From: Malacoraja senta
Lineage: Eukaryota
Assembly (NCBI GenBank): GCA_038087875.1
Contig: CM075997.1
Coordinates: 1,862,001 to 1,926,000, forward strand
Direction: 5' to 3'
Length of the DNA: 64,000 nucleotides
Under the pieces are notes generated by a model. It searched no databases. It saw only the letters and a list, made by a program, of their open reading frames with translations, and had not been told where the DNA came from. Made by a program: the position numbers and the translations under genes. Positions within the stretch are counted from its first letter, which is position 1; each line of letters starts with the position of its first letter. Below are positions 52,999 through 64,000 of the stretch, in pieces.

Positions 52999-53194
52999 GG
53001 GGACTATGTATAAACACTGCTGTAATTTCTACATAATGAAACCAAAATGTATTAAAATGCCCTTTATTAAAATCTGACAATGTGCACTTTAACCGCATGT
53101 GATTTTTTCTATTGCAAATCTCAAATTGTGGAGTACAGAGGCAAATAAATAAATAACTGATGGGTCTTTGTCCCAAACATTATAGAGGGCACTG
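52999..53194 (-). mobile_element. Solo Tc1-like terminal repeat fragment
   Basis: The minus strand begins TA|CAGTGCCCTCTATAATGTTTGGGACA, a Tc1-type terminus with TA target; about 200 bp AT-rich; no partner end seen. Confidence 0.65.
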
Positions 53195-53484
53195 TATATA
53201 GTGTGTGTATAAGACACTATAAGCTGCAGCTACTTGCAAATTACTCTGGTACACTTGGACCCGCCAAAGCCCACCTGGTGGGATTCAATGGCATTGGTTC
53301 ATGTACTTATGCAAAAGTAGTTGACCTTCACTGCACTCAACAAAATGGCCTCTGTTTGGATGATGTGATATGGATGTTCAACTAAGGATTGTACACCAAT
53401 AAAAGTAGAGAGTTAAAAATAGGAATTTGGGAAGATTATGCTGCTTTTGTGTTCTGGTTAAAGCAGATTATTTACTTTGGAACA

Positions 53485-53631
53485 TTAGTACTGAACAAGA
53501 GAAAGGCTGATGTCCCCAGTCACCTCCAGTTCATCAATCTGGTTCAAGGGCTGCAGCCGATGGTTGTAGTTGAAGAGGTGCCTTCCATTGACCAAGATTT
53601 TGTAGCAGCTTGGTTGAACTATGATCTGCAT
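53485..53631 (-). CDS. Galectin, last coding exon (CRD C-terminal part)
   Basis: Acceptor ttttgctttggcAG, phase 0; MQIIVQPSCYKILVNGRHLFNYNHRLQPLNQIDELEVTGDISLSLVQY* (147 nt including TAA). Confidence 0.93.
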   Translation of the reverse strand: MQIIVQPSCYKILVNGRHLFNYNHRLQPLNQIDELEVTGDISLSLVQY

Positions 53632-55033
53632 CTGCCAAAGCAAAATTACAGATAAACCATGAAACACATCAAAACCTCTTTTTAATCTAATCAGACCCTT
53701 CTGCAGAGTCCGGATTCAGGTCCCAACCTGAAATGTTGCCTATCCATTCCCTCCCCAGATGCTGCCTGACCCGCTGAGTTCCTCCCGCACTAGGAAACTG
53801 GACAATAGATGCAACACAGGTGAGACAAGCAAGTTGGCCTGAATGCCGGAAGAACTCGTGTTCTTCTTGGGAACCATACCTTAGGATCTTTCAGCAGAAT
53901 TACTGAATTGAGCAACCATTTGAGCCGCTGTCTCACATCACCAGAGAATCGGCTTTAATCAGGACCTGAGGTGGTGTCTGAGTGGAATGTGCACGTGCTT
54001 CCTGTGACACATGGGTTTCCCGCACAAACTCCGGTTTCTTCCCATGTCCCAAATACTTGTGGTTTGGTAAGTTAATGAGCAGCTGAAAATTGCCTCTAGG
54101 GTGTAGGTGAAACCACAGAATCTAGGGGGAATCCATGAAAACGTACACAGTTGCATCTTGTAATTTCAAGACTGATCACGGTTTGTAAGCATCACGACAT
54201 TCAGATATTTGGAGGGTATATTGGATATATCAGAGAAGGCCTTTGGTAGCATTCATTACCTCTATCACTTACGGATAACAGGGACTGAATGTTATTCGAT
54301 TTCTGCTGCTAATAACTAAAATGCCACAGTGATATTTAAACAATGACCTCTTAGTTTAGTTTAGTTTAGTGATACAGCATGGAAACAGGCCCTCCGAGTC
54401 CATGCCGACCAACAATCACCTGTTCACACTAGTTCTATATTACACCACGCTTACATCCACTTCCTATACACACAGGATCATTTACAGAGGCCAATTAACC
54501 TACAAACCCACAGGTCTTTGGGATGTGGGAGGAAATCGGAGCACCTGGAAGGAACCTAATTGGGAGAACGTGCAAACTGAACGTGGACTGGCTGAACTTT
54601 GTTGCCTTGCACCACAATGAAGAATGCTGCGGTGGATGTTTGTGTTAAATCTTATTGTGTATTGTGTGTTCTTTTTGAGTGTATCGCTGCTGGCAAATTC
54701 ATTTCACTGCACCTTCGGGTGCATGTGACGAATAAAATTGACTTTGAAACTCCACACGGATAGCACCCAAGGTCAGTATTGAACCCAGGTCTTTGGTAAT
54801 GTGAGACAGGAGATCTACAAGCCCTTTTGATTTGTCACTCTGTTGCAAAAGGACTACTTTTCCACGTTAAATACCGTAAGGATACGGTTACCTCTCACTG
54901 GATATCTGTCCTGAGCTGGAAATACTCGACAACAGTGTTATCAGGATAAAAGCTGCTAGTTCAAGGGCAGCCGCTTTATCTACAGCATGCCCAAGATCCC
55001 CGAATCTGGGCCCTGCCCAGGAGGACGACGTAC

Positions 55034-55199
55034 CTCAAACGTCTGGCCAGGCACAAACGGGAGGAAGGGCAAAGCTCGCTCCTCTGTACCCCATTTCTGG
55101 TGGATCCTGCTGTTCCGCACCACGGCATTTTCAGCGTATCTCTGATTGATGTGCAGGGCAATGTTATCAGCATACTTCGCTTTGAGATTAATGGTAAAC
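55034..55199 (-). CDS. Galectin, sugar-binding (W) exon
   Basis: Acceptor ttttttccccAG, donor GAG|GTACGT; 166 nt, phase 2 to 0. Encodes FTINLKAKYADNIALHINQRYAENAVVRNSRIHQKWGTEERALPFLPFVPGQTFE with the H-x-N-x-R, V-x-N and WG-x-E-x-R motifs. Confidence 0.95.
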
Positions 55200-55630
55200 C
55201 TGGGGAAAAAAAAACACACAACCATGACTGGTGGATGATTGGTTCAAGTACATTGGTAATCCTTTGGGTTTTTATGGCTACCTCGTGCATTTTGTGTCCT
55301 CAGTTGCCCAATCTTTCAATAATGTATTTAAATACCTCCAAGATTCCAATCTTCACAACCGACTGGTTAAAAACTTCATCACATTCTGTGGGAAGAGATT
55401 CCTACGCACTTTTCTTTTGGTTGAATAAAACTCTCGAACTAGTTGCCACACTTTAGAAAGGATGTGCTCACGCTGGAGAGAGTGTAGAGGAGGTTCACCA
55501 GGATGATGGGTGGATTTGGAGGACCTCAGTTATGGGGAGAGATTAGATAGACTGCCGTGTTTTCCCTGGAGCAAAGAAGACTGTGGGGTGACCTGATAGA
55601 TGTACATACGATTTTGGGAGACATAGATAC

Positions 55631-56023
55631 GACATCTTCTCCGTGGATTGTCACCTTGTCGTGGTGGAGAAGCTCGTGTGGTCCTGAGATCCTGAGAGCG
55701 ATGCCGTCTGGAGCTATGCTCCTGGTAGGGTCACCCATGGCGGTAAGGTCGAGGGGGAGGTCTCTGACAAAAAGCAATCCAACCAAGACCTCAACGGTGG
55801 AACAGGCGGAGGACGATGGCTGACCTTAGTGGAGCGTCACAATGGCTGGGAAGGCGGATGAAGGCTGCAGCAGAAAAGGGTCTCCGGTCGTCGTGGACTC
55901 CATGCCACTGGATCCTGACCCAGATCTGTCAAGGATCTGGGCCGTCTGTGCACCAGTCACCCCACGTTAAACAGGCATCCTCCATGAGAGGACAGTCATA
56001 CTCGTTTCGAGTGACTGCCGATG
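55631..56023 (+). mobile_element. Short RTE-derived non-autonomous element nested in a CR1 remnant
   Basis: 5' part (gtcaccttgtcgtggtggagaagc...gctatgc...gtagggtcacccatggcgg...tctgacaaaa) resembles RTE/BovB-type 5' UTRs; flanked by agatac at 55625-55630 and 56024-56029. Confidence 0.65.
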
Positions 56024-56734
56024 AGATACAGTAGATAGTCAACTTTGTTTCCCATGTTCGGGATATCATAAACAGGAGAGCATAGTTTTAAGGGGAATCT
56101 TTGTGTTACGTTTTTTTTTACACAGAGAGCGGCTAATGTCTGGATCACATTGCCAGAAGAGATGGCGGAATCGATACAACCATTACATGTAAAAGATATT
56201 TAGACAGTCACTTAAAAAGCAAGGCATAGAAAGATATGGCTCTAATGCAGGTAAATGGAATTAGTGCAGATGAGCAAGAAGGTTGGTGTGAGCATGGTGG
56301 GCTGAATATAACACGTCTAGAACAACACCAATCCTGTAAAATAAAGCATTATCAAACTATAATTAAGGATGTAGATGCCAATTCATTGGTAACTTTCAAA
56401 AGGGAATTGAATGAATGCAAAGGCGAAAGTTGGGGAGTAATTTTATCTCCCATTGTATCATTCCATGCCTCCTAGCGTGCGCCTTAGAGTGGGATGGTGG
56501 ACGTTCAGGTGGAATTATACAAGAGTTTAGACGAGACCCAGGATTTTTGAAACCGAGACTTTATACACAGGATTAAACTATTAACGTTCGTAAAACACAT
56601 TTACAGATCCAAAGTTACTTCACAGAAAAGTTTTAAACAAAACTTGATACTGATATAAAGAGATATCAACATGGGTGAGACTGAAGGGTCAAAATGAGAG
56701 GTTTTCTTCTTAAGGATGAGCCTCAGTTGTCTCT

Positions 56735-57071
56735 CACACACACACACACACACACAAAAGCGCACACACACACGCAAGCACGCACGCATACGCACACACA
56801 CACATACACAAAAGCACACATACACAAAAGCACACACACACACGCACACACAAACACAAAAGCACACACATACACAAAAGCACACACACACACACGCACG
56901 CACACATACACAAAAGCACACACACACACGCACACACAAAAGCACACACATACACAAAAGCACACACACACACACGCACGCACACATACACAAAAGCACA
57001 CATACACACGCGCATGCACACATGAACGCACACACATACACATAAACACGTGCACACACACACACACACAC
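56735..57071. repeat. Imperfect (CA)n with recurrent caaaag
   Basis: Directly visible. Confidence 0.95.
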
Positions 57072-57173
57072 CATAATGAAAACAGAAAATGCTAGAACCA
57101 CTGAGGCTGCATCTGTCGAAAGAGAGGGAGACAGGGTTAATGTTTCAGGTTGAAAAAACTCATCAGGACTTAC

Positions 57174-57259
57174 TTGTTAGGTTTGGTGTTCACAGTCCCA
57201 ACAATCTTTATCAGCTGCTGTGGACGGATGGCTCCCATATAAGCCTGGTACGGAACAAC
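57174..57259 (-). CDS. Galectin, first CRD exon
   Basis: Acceptor tcattccttAG, donor AA|GTAAGT; 86 nt, phase 0 to 2. Encodes VVPYQAYMGAIRPQQLIKIVGTVNTKPN(K) and joins the 55199 exon in frame. Absent from the ORF track. Confidence 0.92.
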
Positions 57260-58153
57260 CTAAGGAATGACCCGAGATCCATCAGCATGAGCTCAACAGT
57301 GCGGGCAGCTGAAGTCAGTAGAGCTGGAGGAGATGACAGTAATATGGAGAGCCGGGGCCAGGGGGAGAGTTAATCAGGGGTTTTATGGTTGAGGCACTGC
57401 CAGAACAAAGCCAGAGTTGGCCAGTCACACCTTAGTACTGTTGGTATGATGGACCCAGCGCGTCTTTCATCGGCCAGTGACACACTGCTCATCGCATGGA
57501 AGGACACTCCATCTCAGTTTGGATGTGTGGGAGGGTGCATGTTCAAAAAAAAACAGCGGCTCAGTGGGGCAGCAGTTAGTACTGATGCCTCCTGACATCA
57601 GAGACCCAGTATCAGTCCAAATGGTTTGACAAAGGCCAGAGATGAAAAGACAAAACGTGTGAGATAAGATCAGCTTAGAAGAAGTCTGAAATGTGAAGCC
57701 AGAGGAAGGGATACAGGTGGAAGTGGACGGAGAGAAGGTGAAAGGACAAGATGGGTGCATGCATCCAGGGAGGGCACAGGGAAGAGAGGGGGGAAAGTAA
57801 GGATGGGTGTTTTTGTAGGTTGACACAAAATGCTGGAGTAACTCAGCGGGTGAGGCAGCATCGCTGGTGAGAAAGAATGGGTAACGTTTCAGGTCGAGAT
57901 CCTTCCTTCTCTCCAGGGATGCTGCCTCACCCGCTGAGTTACTCCAGCATTTTGTGTCTGCCTTCGATTTAAACCAGCAACTGCATTTCTTTCTTACACA
58001 CGGGTGTTTGCAGGTTGCACGTTGCCATACAGATAAATGGGGGGGAGGAAATGGAGAGGAAAGTGCTGGGCAGCGGAGAGGGGGGGATTGATCTCGGGGA
58101 AAGGGACGGGTGGAGAGGAAACAAATAAAAACGGTAACTATGGTAGAAAAGAA

Positions 58154-58358
58154 GGTAGACAAAAATGCTGGAGAAACTCAGCGGGTGAGGCAGCATCTAT
58201 GGAGCGAAGGAAATAGGCGACGTTTCAGGTCGAGACCCTTCTTCAGACCCGAAACGTTGCCTATTTCCTTCGCTCCATAGATGCTGCCTCACCCGCTGAG
58301 TTTCTCCAGCATTTTTGTTCACCTTCGATTTTCCAGCATCTGCAGTTCCTTCTTAAAC
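58154..58358. mobile_element. Fold-back PLE-derived element with 14-bp flanking duplication
   Basis: atggtagaaaagaa at 58140-58153 and 58359-58372; inverted arms. Confidence 0.85.
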
Positions 58359-58405
58359 ATGGTAGAAAAGAACAACACTCTTAGGACATCTGAAAAGAAA
58401 CTTAC

Positions 58406-58438
58406 CGGATTAGACACAGTCACTTGTGCAGGAGTGCT
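58406..58438 (-). CDS. Galectin, 33-nt linker/N-terminal micro-exon
   Basis: Acceptor attgttttacAG, donor CCG|GTAAGT, phase 0-0. Encodes STPAQVTVSNP, giving ...NP|VVPY as at galectin linker-CRD junctions. Confidence 0.8.
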
Positions 58439-59704
58439 CTGTAAAACAATAACATAATATGTTAGTATTTACGCCATGGGGTATAGTTGGAACACCACAA
58501 ATCTGGAAGAAAACCACAATATCTGCATTCCATCACCAGGAAATATTATGATGCAGAAAGGCATCGGATTTTCCTTGCGAAATTGCCCAAGAAGATGTTA
58601 TGAACACATGCCAACCAAGCCACGTGTGACTGTAATGTTCCTTAGTACCCATGCAGTTAACACCACTTTCACCCGACATCCCAGGTTTCTGAACCTACTT
58701 TGCACCGCATCCTGGACCTGTAACCATTTCTCCCGACGCTTTCCCACAAGCAGACAGTCGTGTTGAAGATAAAATGCCCATTGAGAACACACAACGTGTG
58801 TACGGCCTGGAAGGTAAGTGCCAGCACCTGCTCGAGATCTCACTGTGCAGCTGGTAGTGCCGCTGCCTCGCAGCGTCAGAGGTCCTGACCTTGGGAGCTG
58901 TCTGTGTGGAGTTTGCACATTCTCCCCGTGACCAACGGATGTTCCAGTTTCCTCCCACGTCCCACACACACGCGGGTAGATAGGTTACATGGTCACTGCC
59001 CCTTGTATACAGGTGAGTGGTAAAATCTGGAGGGAGTTGATGAAAACGTACGGCGAATAAAATGGGATTCATATAAGGTTAGTGCAACTGGATGGTTGAT
59101 GTCTGGTGTGGACTCCGTGGGCCACAAGGCCTATTTACATGCTGTATGATTCTACGGTACCTGTAACCATAGGACAGTGAAAGTTCAACCAAATCCCCAG
59201 CTCTCCTTAGTAAACAAACCGGAAAAGAGGCATTGCCAAACTAATTCATATATCCAACCAAGGATAAGAACAAGAAAGAGATGGATTTTCCTCAGTTATT
59301 CCCACTTTGTTCCCTTCTATTGGGTCCAGGCATGGAAACAGGCCCTTCAGCCCACCAAGTTCACACCAAACATCAACATCCATTTTTGCACCAACCCCTT
59401 TCCTTTGATACGTGTCAGATAATCAACCAATACTTTGAACAGTGCCAGACATTTTGCATCAAACACCATGTACTTTGCATTGTAATTTGTGCACAAGCAG
59501 TATTTTATAATCTTGCTGCATGTCGGACCATTTGGATGTCTGTCTTTCCTCTTTATCTGTCGATATCATGCTTCAGTCCTTGCCTCCTCAACCAGGGAAA
59601 CACTCCAGTTTCTCTTGCCTTATATTGGCTGTAGTTTCCAACACCTACTGCATGTTAAACACCACAGCCCTTGTTGGTATAGAGAGGGAAATCAGAGACA
59701 ATCA

Positions 59705-59977
59705 GGCCACAGTTTAAGAATGAGGGGTAAGCCATTTAGAACGGAGATGAGGAAACACTTTTTCACACCGAGAGTTGTGAGTCTGTGGAATTCTCTGCCT
59801 CAGAGGGCGGTTCTCTGGATACCTTTAAGAGAGAGCTAGATAGGGCTCTTAAAGATAGTGGAGTCAGGGGATATGGGGAGAAGGCAGGAACTGATTGGGG
59901 ATGTTCAGCCTTGATCAAATTGAATGGTGGTGCTGGCTCGAAGGGCCGAATGGCCTACTCCTGCACCTATTGTCTAT
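59705..59977 (+). mobile_element. CR1 3' fragment
   Basis: GHSLRMRGKPFRTEMRKHFFTPRVVSLWNSLP. Confidence 0.85.
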
Positions 59978-60697
59978 AATGAGAGAAGGTGGGGTGAGAT
60001 AGAGAGGGGAGTTTGCATGTTTTCATTTTGACCGAACGATTTGCTGTGCTCTGATTTCCTGCTGCATCCTCAATTCATGTCGGTTGATAGGTAAATTGGC
60101 TCCAGTGTGCAGATGAGTGGCAGAATCAGGGGATGACTTGATGAGAATGTGGGAAGAATATTTAAAAAAGAATATATTAAATATATATCTTTTTAGACAA
60201 ATGTAGAATTGGTGTAGATGTATGATTGTTGGTCAGCACGGACTCAGTGAGCTGAAGGGCCTCGCTTCCATGTTGTGTGATACTATGAGAAGTCAGGGAG
60301 ATGGTGAATGCTTAGAGGATAAAATTGTCTTTTCGAACGGTACTAATTCTGCGCAGGATCTAATGGCCAGCCTGCCACAGGTACCAGTGGTGGAGAAACC
60401 AACTTAGAGTAATACAGTGTGGAGACAGACCCTTCGGCCCAACTCTCCCACACGGGCCACTTCATTTGCTGTCTCAGATTTCTGCTTGATGGAGATAGAC
60501 AATAGACATTAGGTGCAGGAGTAGGCCAATTCAGCACTGCCATTCAATGTAATCATGGCTGATCATCCCCAATATCAAACTGAATATTTGTTGATATTTA
60601 ATTTTGTAGTGATTTGGCTGCAATCACAGCCATGCAGCGAGGAGCCATCACCTTTAACAGTAGCGGTAATTAGATCACATGGTTGGATGTGACGCAC

Positions 60698-60730
60698 CTT
60701 TCCCTCTCGACACTCAAGCGGTCCGTGGCC
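60698..60730 (-). CDS. Candidate further galectin micro-exon (33 nt)
   Basis: Acceptor tctctgttaacAG, donor AAG|GTGCGT, open in phase 0-0 (GHGPLECREGK). No homology support. Confidence 0.3.
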
Positions 60731-60947
60731 CTGTTAACAGAGACACTGCCACAGCCATGGGGAGTCATTATATAAAAAGCACAGCCACCGATCGAAAGAG
60801 TTGAATCAACCGTCTCAGCCACCGCTTGTTCAGCCCAATATCAGAAGTGCCACTATGCTGGACCCATACCCCCTTCCCCCTCCCTGCTCTGGAGAAGTAA
60901 ATCAGCGCAGACAGAAACAGGAGCAAAAAGCAATCAAGACCCATCAT

Positions 60948-61390
60948 CAGGGCCCTAGTGAGACCACACCTGGAGTATTGTGTGCAGTTTTGGTTTCCAA
61001 ATTTGAGGAAGGACATTCTTGCTATTGAGAGAGTGCAGCGTAGGTTCACGAGGTTAATTCCAGGGATGGCGGGACTGTCATATGCTGAGAGAATGGAGCG
61101 GCTGGGTTTGTATACTCTTGAATTTAAAAGGATGAGCGGGGATCTTATTGAAACATATAAGATTGTTAAGGGTTTGGACACACTAGAGGCATGTTCCTGA
61201 TGTTGGAGGAATCCAGAACCAGGGGCCACAGCTCCTGAAGATAGCGGAGTCGCTGTAGTGATGCTGATGCTAAATGGGGAGAAGGCAGGAACGGGGTACT
61301 GATTGTGGATGATCAGCCATGATCACATTGAATGGCGGTGCTGGCTTGAAGGGTCATATGGCCTACTCCTGCACCTACTGTTTATTGTGT
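60948..61390 (+). mobile_element. CR1 3' fragment with internal deletion
   Basis: RPHLEYCVQFWFPNLRKDILAIE. Confidence 0.85.
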
Positions 61391-61719
61391 ATCAGTAGAT
61401 ACACAACTCGTTCACATGTGCCCATGTGAACAAGTTGGGCCGCAGGGCCTGTTTCCATGCTAGTTTACTCTATTACTCTTTAACAGGTCAGATTCGTATT
61501 CCTCCGGATCTAACATTTGTGGTTATGAGTGGTTTAGAATCAGACTCAGTAATTAGAAGGCCTCTCTCCTCCTCTTAACAGCTCTTCCTTCGGCTTGAGC
61601 AGCGTGGAGCTGCTGGTGACTTCTCTCAACGAGAAGGAATGGATTTAAACAAAGTGATCTTCCCAGCAGCCAGTCCTTGTGAGTCTCTGCTGCACTCAAA
61701 TTGCAATTAATTAGGAAGA

Positions 61720-61990
61720 GATTTGTTTTTCACACTTCAGGAAGTCCCAAAGTGACTTACAGCCAAGGAAATACTTTCAAAGAGGAGGTGCTTGCATCTG
61801 AGGTGGAAAATGCAGCGGGGCTTTTTGCCAGGTACCTGCAGTGTGATGGTCAGTTAACCTGCTGCAGTGATGCTGATGCTAAATGTTCGCCTGAACACCT
61901 GGTCTTAACAATTGTGCTGTGGGATCCTTTATATCCATCTGAGGGAGTAGATGGGTTTAACATCTCATCTTAGACAGATGCAGTTGGCAG
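61720..61990 (-). mobile_element. Ancient Deu-domain SINE remnant (SacSINE1/AmnSINE-like)
   Basis: cacttcaggaagtcccaaagtgacttacagccaa and gtgggatcctttatatccatctgag resemble the reverse complement of the 63255-63670 copy. Confidence 0.5.
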
Positions 61991-62165
61991 CAGCCCGTAC
62001 AAAACTGAACCAAACTACCACAACAAAGGAGCGGGCAACACAATGGTGCATCTGGGTAGTGCTGCTGCCTCATAGCTTTGATCCCGACCTCAGGTGCTGT
62101 CTGCGTGGACTTTGCACGTTCTCCCTTGCTGGCAGAGCGTGCACAGTGACACAACTGTTTAGTTG

Positions 62166-62666
62166 TGGGCCACAGTTTAAGAATAAGGAGTAAGCCATTT
62201 AGAACGGAGACGAGGAAACAATCTTTCTCACAGAGAGTGGTGAGTCTGTGGAATTCTCTGCCTCAGAGGGCGGCGGAGGCGGGTTTTCTGGATACTTTCA
62301 AGAGAGAGCTAGATAGGGCTCTTAAAGGTTTGGACATGGTAGATGCAGGAAACACGTTCCCGATGTTGGAGGAGTCCAGAACCAGGGGCCACAGTCTACG
62401 AACAAGGGGTAAGCAATTTAGAATGGAGACTTTTTAGAACGGCCGTGAATCTGTGGAATTCTCTGCCTCAGAAGGCAGTGGAGGCCAATTCTTGATATGT
62501 TTTTAAGAGAGAGTTGGATAGAGCTCTTAAAGATAGCGGAGTCAGGGGATATGGGGAGAAGGCAGGAACGGGGTACTGATTGGGGATGATCAGCCATGAT
62601 CACATTGAATGGCGGTGCTGGCTCGAAGGGCCGAATGGCCTACTCGTGCACCTATTGTCTATTGTC
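62166..62666 (+). mobile_element. CR1 3' fragments (two overlapping or duplicated segments)
   Basis: The GHSLR...RVVSLWNSLP region is present twice; tattgtc tail. Confidence 0.85.
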
Positions 62667-63254
62667 ATAACTGGGAGAGTCGCTGACCCACAACGCCAGA
62701 GTCCCAGTTTCGATCCTGACCTTGGGTGCTGTCTGCGTGGTGTTTGCATGTTCTGCCTGTGACCATGTGGGTTTTCCCCCAGTTTGCCATCCACATCCAA
62801 AGGACGGGCTGGTTAATTGGCCACTGTGAATTGCCCCTAGTGTGTGGGTGAGCGGTAGATTCTCTGGGTAGTCGTGGAGAGAGTAAAATAGGGTTAGTGG
62901 ATGCTTAGACACAAAGTGCTGGAGTAACTCAGCGGGACAGGCAGCATCTCTGGAGAGAAGGAATGGGTGGCGTTTTGGGTCAAGACCCTTCTTCACACGT
63001 GGATGCGTGATGGTTGGAGTGGACATGGAGGTCTGACATGCCCGTGTCCGTGCTCCAACGATCCTTTTAACAATCCAGCGACCTTAACATCATAAGTCGC
63101 CTCTAAACTCAACCATGTCTCCACTCACTCCCTCTCCCCTCTTCAGCCTTGAGTGTGACCCAAACCAGGAGGCATCTGTGACCTCTTTAGGCGTCAACCT
63201 CCAGCTAAGCCAGAAGTTCTGGATTCAATTGCAGCTCTAGGACTCTGAGCTTAA

Positions 63255-63670
63255 TAATTGGGGCTGACTCCCCAGTGCTGAGGGAGGGCTGTGCTGTCCA
63301 AGGGGGTGTCAGGGGTTATGGGGAGAAGACAGGAGAATGAGATTAGGAGGGACAAATAGATCACATATGATTGAATGGCGGAATAGACTTGATGGGCCGA
63401 ATTACCTCATTCTGCTACTATCGCTTCTGACATCGTCTAGATCGAACCAAGACCCTGCCTGTTCTTTCAGCTGAACACAAAAGATCCCGTGCAGACAAGA
63501 ACAGGTGACGGCAGAGGTATTACTCCCGTGAAAAGCATTAAAAATAACTTCATTGGCTCTTGACCAAATTAGCTTCCACACTCCAGCTGTGACCTAACGT
63601 TAAAGATACTTCATTGGCTGTGAAGTGGTTTGGAACATCCTGAGGTTTGTGATGGCTTTAAAATGCTTGC
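63255..63670 (+). mobile_element. Ancient Deu-domain SINE remnant interrupted by a CR1-like tail
   Basis: ctgactccccagtgctgagggagggctgtgctgtc, aaaagatcccgtg and acttcattggctgtgaagtggtttggaacatcctgagg match my recollection of the Deu-SINE core and tail. Confidence 0.5.
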
Positions 63671-63859
63671 GTGCACAACACCTTCCCTACATCCATGCAG
63701 TCCAACTCACCTTTTGGCTCCTGTTCCTAGAATTTGGTTTAGCCTTTACATTGTAGGCCTGTGGTGAGGAGGGAGAGAAGTCAGTTTAATTACAAAGCTT
63801 CCCACTGGCATGGGGCCACCTGGAGACTGCTGCTTGTTCCAATGTACATGGTTATCATT

Positions 63860-64000
63860 GGGCAGCACGGTGGCGTAGCGGTAGAGCTCCTACCTTGCAG
63901 TGCCAGAGACCCGGGTTCAATCTGACTGTCTGTACGGAGTTTGTACATTCTCCCCGTGACCTGCGTGGTTTTTCTCCGAGATCTTCCGTTTCCTCCCACA
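63860..64000 (+). mobile_element. V-SINE (HE1-like), cut by the window end
   Basis: gggcagcacggtggcgtagcggtagag head and V-domain. Confidence 0.85.

Noticed and set aside
53485..58438. Assigning a specific symbol (lgals4, lgals9 or lgals3) to the galectin
   Set aside because: The sequence shares features with several paralogues; orthology needs phylogeny and synteny.
58473..58502. Possible 30-nt galectin micro-exon (ICGVPTIPHG) on the minus strand
   Set aside because: It would leave a 34-nt intron to the 58438 exon, too short for vertebrate splicing.
58699..58710. In-frame ATG CGG TGC AAA|gtaggt as galectin start exon
   Set aside because: Phase-compatible, but with a weak acceptor, no promoter evidence and no homology; cannot be supported without transcripts.
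61761..61797. Minus-strand AG/GTAAGT-bounded segment starting with ATG
   Set aside because: In-frame stop after six codons, and it lies within an ancient SINE remnant.

Overview
Repeat-dense vertebrate genomic DNA, inferred from its repeat families to be a cartilaginous fish, probably a skate or ray. There are two 200-N assembly gaps. The only host gene I can support is the 3' part of a galectin on the minus strand: four spliced exons between 58438 and 53485 encode a short linker plus a complete carbohydrate-recognition domain (galectin-4/-9 C-CRD-like). Its 5' end is not identified and probably lies beyond the window. Nearly all long ORFs in the track are microsatellite or retroelement artefacts. 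Mobile elements: many CR1 3' fragments, tRNA-derived V-SINE/HE1-like SINEs, two 5'-truncated Rex1/Babar LINEs, Penelope-like (PLE) fragments, a Harbinger-type MITE, a Tc1-like terminal repeat, an RTE-derived short element, ancient Deu-domain SINE remnants and a non-autonomous Helitron with an internal palindromic minisatellite. The most notable signal is a very abundant PLE-terminus-derived element carrying a minimal hammerhead-ribozyme-like core (CTGAAGA-stem-GAAACGTC). It occurs as solo copies, as fold-back insertions with 9-14 bp flanking duplications, and as tandem arrays of 34, 39 and about 141 bp. Several unique AT-rich islands between repeats look like candidate conserved non-coding elements. 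Repeat boundaries are approximate unless stated. No database searches were possible.
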